Source: Elainellaceae cyanobacterium
GTDB taxonomy: Bacteria; Cyanobacteriota; Cyanobacteriia; CAZCXK01
DNA: 16,629 nucleotides
Assembly: GCA_051117555.1 (NCBI GenBank)
Contig: JBNPEG010000012.1
Location: 1 to 16,629, forward strand
Direction of reading: 5' to 3'
Shown here: positions 15,485-16,629 of the stretch, piece by piece
Numbering within the stretch: the first letter of the stretch is position 1
How the letters are laid out: every line of letters begins with the position of its first letter
The notes under the pieces: model-generated
What the model saw: the letters and a program-made list of their open reading frames with translations, nothing else
The model's database searches: none
What the model was told of the DNA's origin: nothing
Translations under genes and position numbers: made by a program

Positions 15485-16629
15485 TCATCCTTGAGCTTCC
15501 ACAATTTGAGTGCGATCGCCCGATGTTGCGCCAAGTTTAATCAGCGTGGCAATCGTCTCTTCGCTCAGTCCCTGAACGCCAGTAATATTCATTCCTTCAT
15601 ATAATCCTTCTGCTTTCAGGGTTTGGTGTAATTCTCCAGTTTCGACATCCCAAATTTTGATCGTTTCGTCGGCACTGCCGCTCACCAGATAGCGACCGTC
15701 AAGAGTAAATTTGAGAGAGAGTACTTGCTCCGTATGTCCCAAAAAGGTATTTAGAATTTTGCCTGTTTCAAACTGCCAAAGATGGATTAAATTGTCTTGG
15801 CCGCCTGAGGCAAAATACTTCCCGTCCGGACTGAATATAACTTTGCGAATCCGCTGGTTATGCCCGTTATACGTTTTTATCAGTGAACCCGTATTCACAT
15901 CCCAAAGCTTCAGAGTATTACCCACCGCTGTCAGGAAGCACGTGCCATCAGGATGAAAACTCGCTCCCCAGACCCACGTATCAAAATCTTCCCAGGTGCG
16001 CAAACACTCGCCTGTGCGAACGTTCCAAAGTTTCACCATCAAATCTTGACCCGCACTCACCAGCATTGAGCCGTTGGGGCTAAAGTCTGCAAACCGCACC
16101 CAGTCTTGATGACCGTGCAGCGCGTGGAGCAGTTTTCCATTGGCAACATCCCATAAGCGTACAGAGTAATCACCGTTGCTGCTAGCCAGGATGGTGTTGT
16201 CTGGACTGAATTGGAGATACAGTACTTGGCTCGTATGTCCCTTTAGAATCTTGATGGGTTTGCCACTGCTAGTCTGCCAAATGATGACAGATTGACTCGT
16301 TCCGCCACTGGCAATCAGGCTGCAATCGTCGTTGCAAGCCACGGCTAGCACCCAGTTGGGGTGTCCCCTGAGCGTTTGCAGACAGGTGCCCGTGGTCATA
16401 TCCCAAATGCGCACAGTGCGATCGCCCCCGCCACTCACGAGTTTTGTGCCATCTTTATTAATATCAACTGCCCAAATCCAGTTGCTATATCCCGACCACG
16501 TCCTCAACAAATGCCCAGTGCAGACATCCCATAGCTTAATAGTATAGTCTGTACATCCTGACAGTAAGGTTTGTCCATCTGGACTAAACTGGAGGGCGCG
16601 AATCCAATCGCTATGGGCTTGCAGCGTGT
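15485..16629 (-). CDS. WD40-repeat protein, 3' part (5' end outside window; probably NB-ARC/NACHT-WD40 type)
   Basis: The frame stays open to the window edge (TLQAHSDWIRALQFSPDGQTLLSGCTDYTIKLWD...). It has many GH...WD repeats and the C-terminal YEGMNITGVQGLSEETIATLIKLGA tail typical of cyanobacterial STAND-WD40 proteins. Confidence 0.9.
   Translation of the reverse strand, partial: TLQAHSDWIRALQFSPDGQTLLSGCTDYTIKLWDVCTGHLLRTWSGYSNWIWAVDINKDGTKLVSGGGDRTVRIWDMTTGTCLQTLRGHPNWVLAVACNDDCSLIASGGTSQSVIIWQTSSGKPIKILKGHTSQVLYLQFSPDNTILASSNGDYSVRLWDVANGKLLHALHGHQDWVRFADFSPNGSMLVSAGQDLMVKLWNVRTGECLRTWEDFDTWVWGASFHPDGTCFLTAVGNTLKLWDVNTGSLIKTYNGHNQRIRKVIFSPDGKYFASGGQDNLIHLWQFETGKILNTFLGHTEQVLSLKFTLDGRYLVSGSADETIKIWDVETGELHQTLKAEGLYEGMNITGVQGLSEETIATLIKLGATSGDRTQIVEAQG

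Larger units (their letters stand above)
194..16425. repeat. HIP1 octamer (GCGATCGC), dispersed, more than 20 copies
   Basis: Examples are at 194-201, 792-799, 4969-4976, 11589-11596 and 15512-15519. The density is far above chance for an 8-mer and is a cyanobacterial hallmark. Confidence 0.95.

Noticed and set aside
16508..16510. TTG start of the WD40 ORF
   Set aside because: The frame is open and WD40-like up to the window edge, so the true start lies outside.
321..16547. Other 60-130 aa ORFs nested in or antisense to the main genes
   Set aside because: They are shadow ORFs of well-supported CDSs and carry no recognisable motifs.

Overview
This is a cyanobacterial chromosomal window, indicated by more than 20 HIP1 GCGATCGC octamers, psbY and an NtcA-type promoter. 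From left to right it holds the probable left end and transposase start of an ISAzo13-like IS (cut by the window edge), a glycogen-debranching enzyme gene, psbY (missing from the ORF track), an FAD-dependent oxidoreductase, a TerB-like/Mo-nitrogenase-C-terminal-domain protein, a HAD-IIA phosphatase, a pentapeptide-repeat protein and purK. A minus-strand nitrate assimilation cluster follows (nirA-nrtP-DUF1830-like-narB, with NtcA and NtcB-type sites), then the 3' part of a WD40-repeat gene. The most notable observations are five. (i) A DUF1830-like gene of unknown function sits in the nir cluster 12 nt before narB. (ii) Unrelated perfect tandem duplications recur at gene boundaries, including a 27-bp x5.4 array that reiterates the nirA C-terminus and stop codon. 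(iii) A candidate multi-stem RNA lies at about 2917-3019. (iv) A REP-like element is bracketed by 16-bp direct repeats. (v) There may be an internal NtcA-type promoter for narB. I cannot establish a new biological system from sequence alone. All family assignments come from motif recognition, not database searches.
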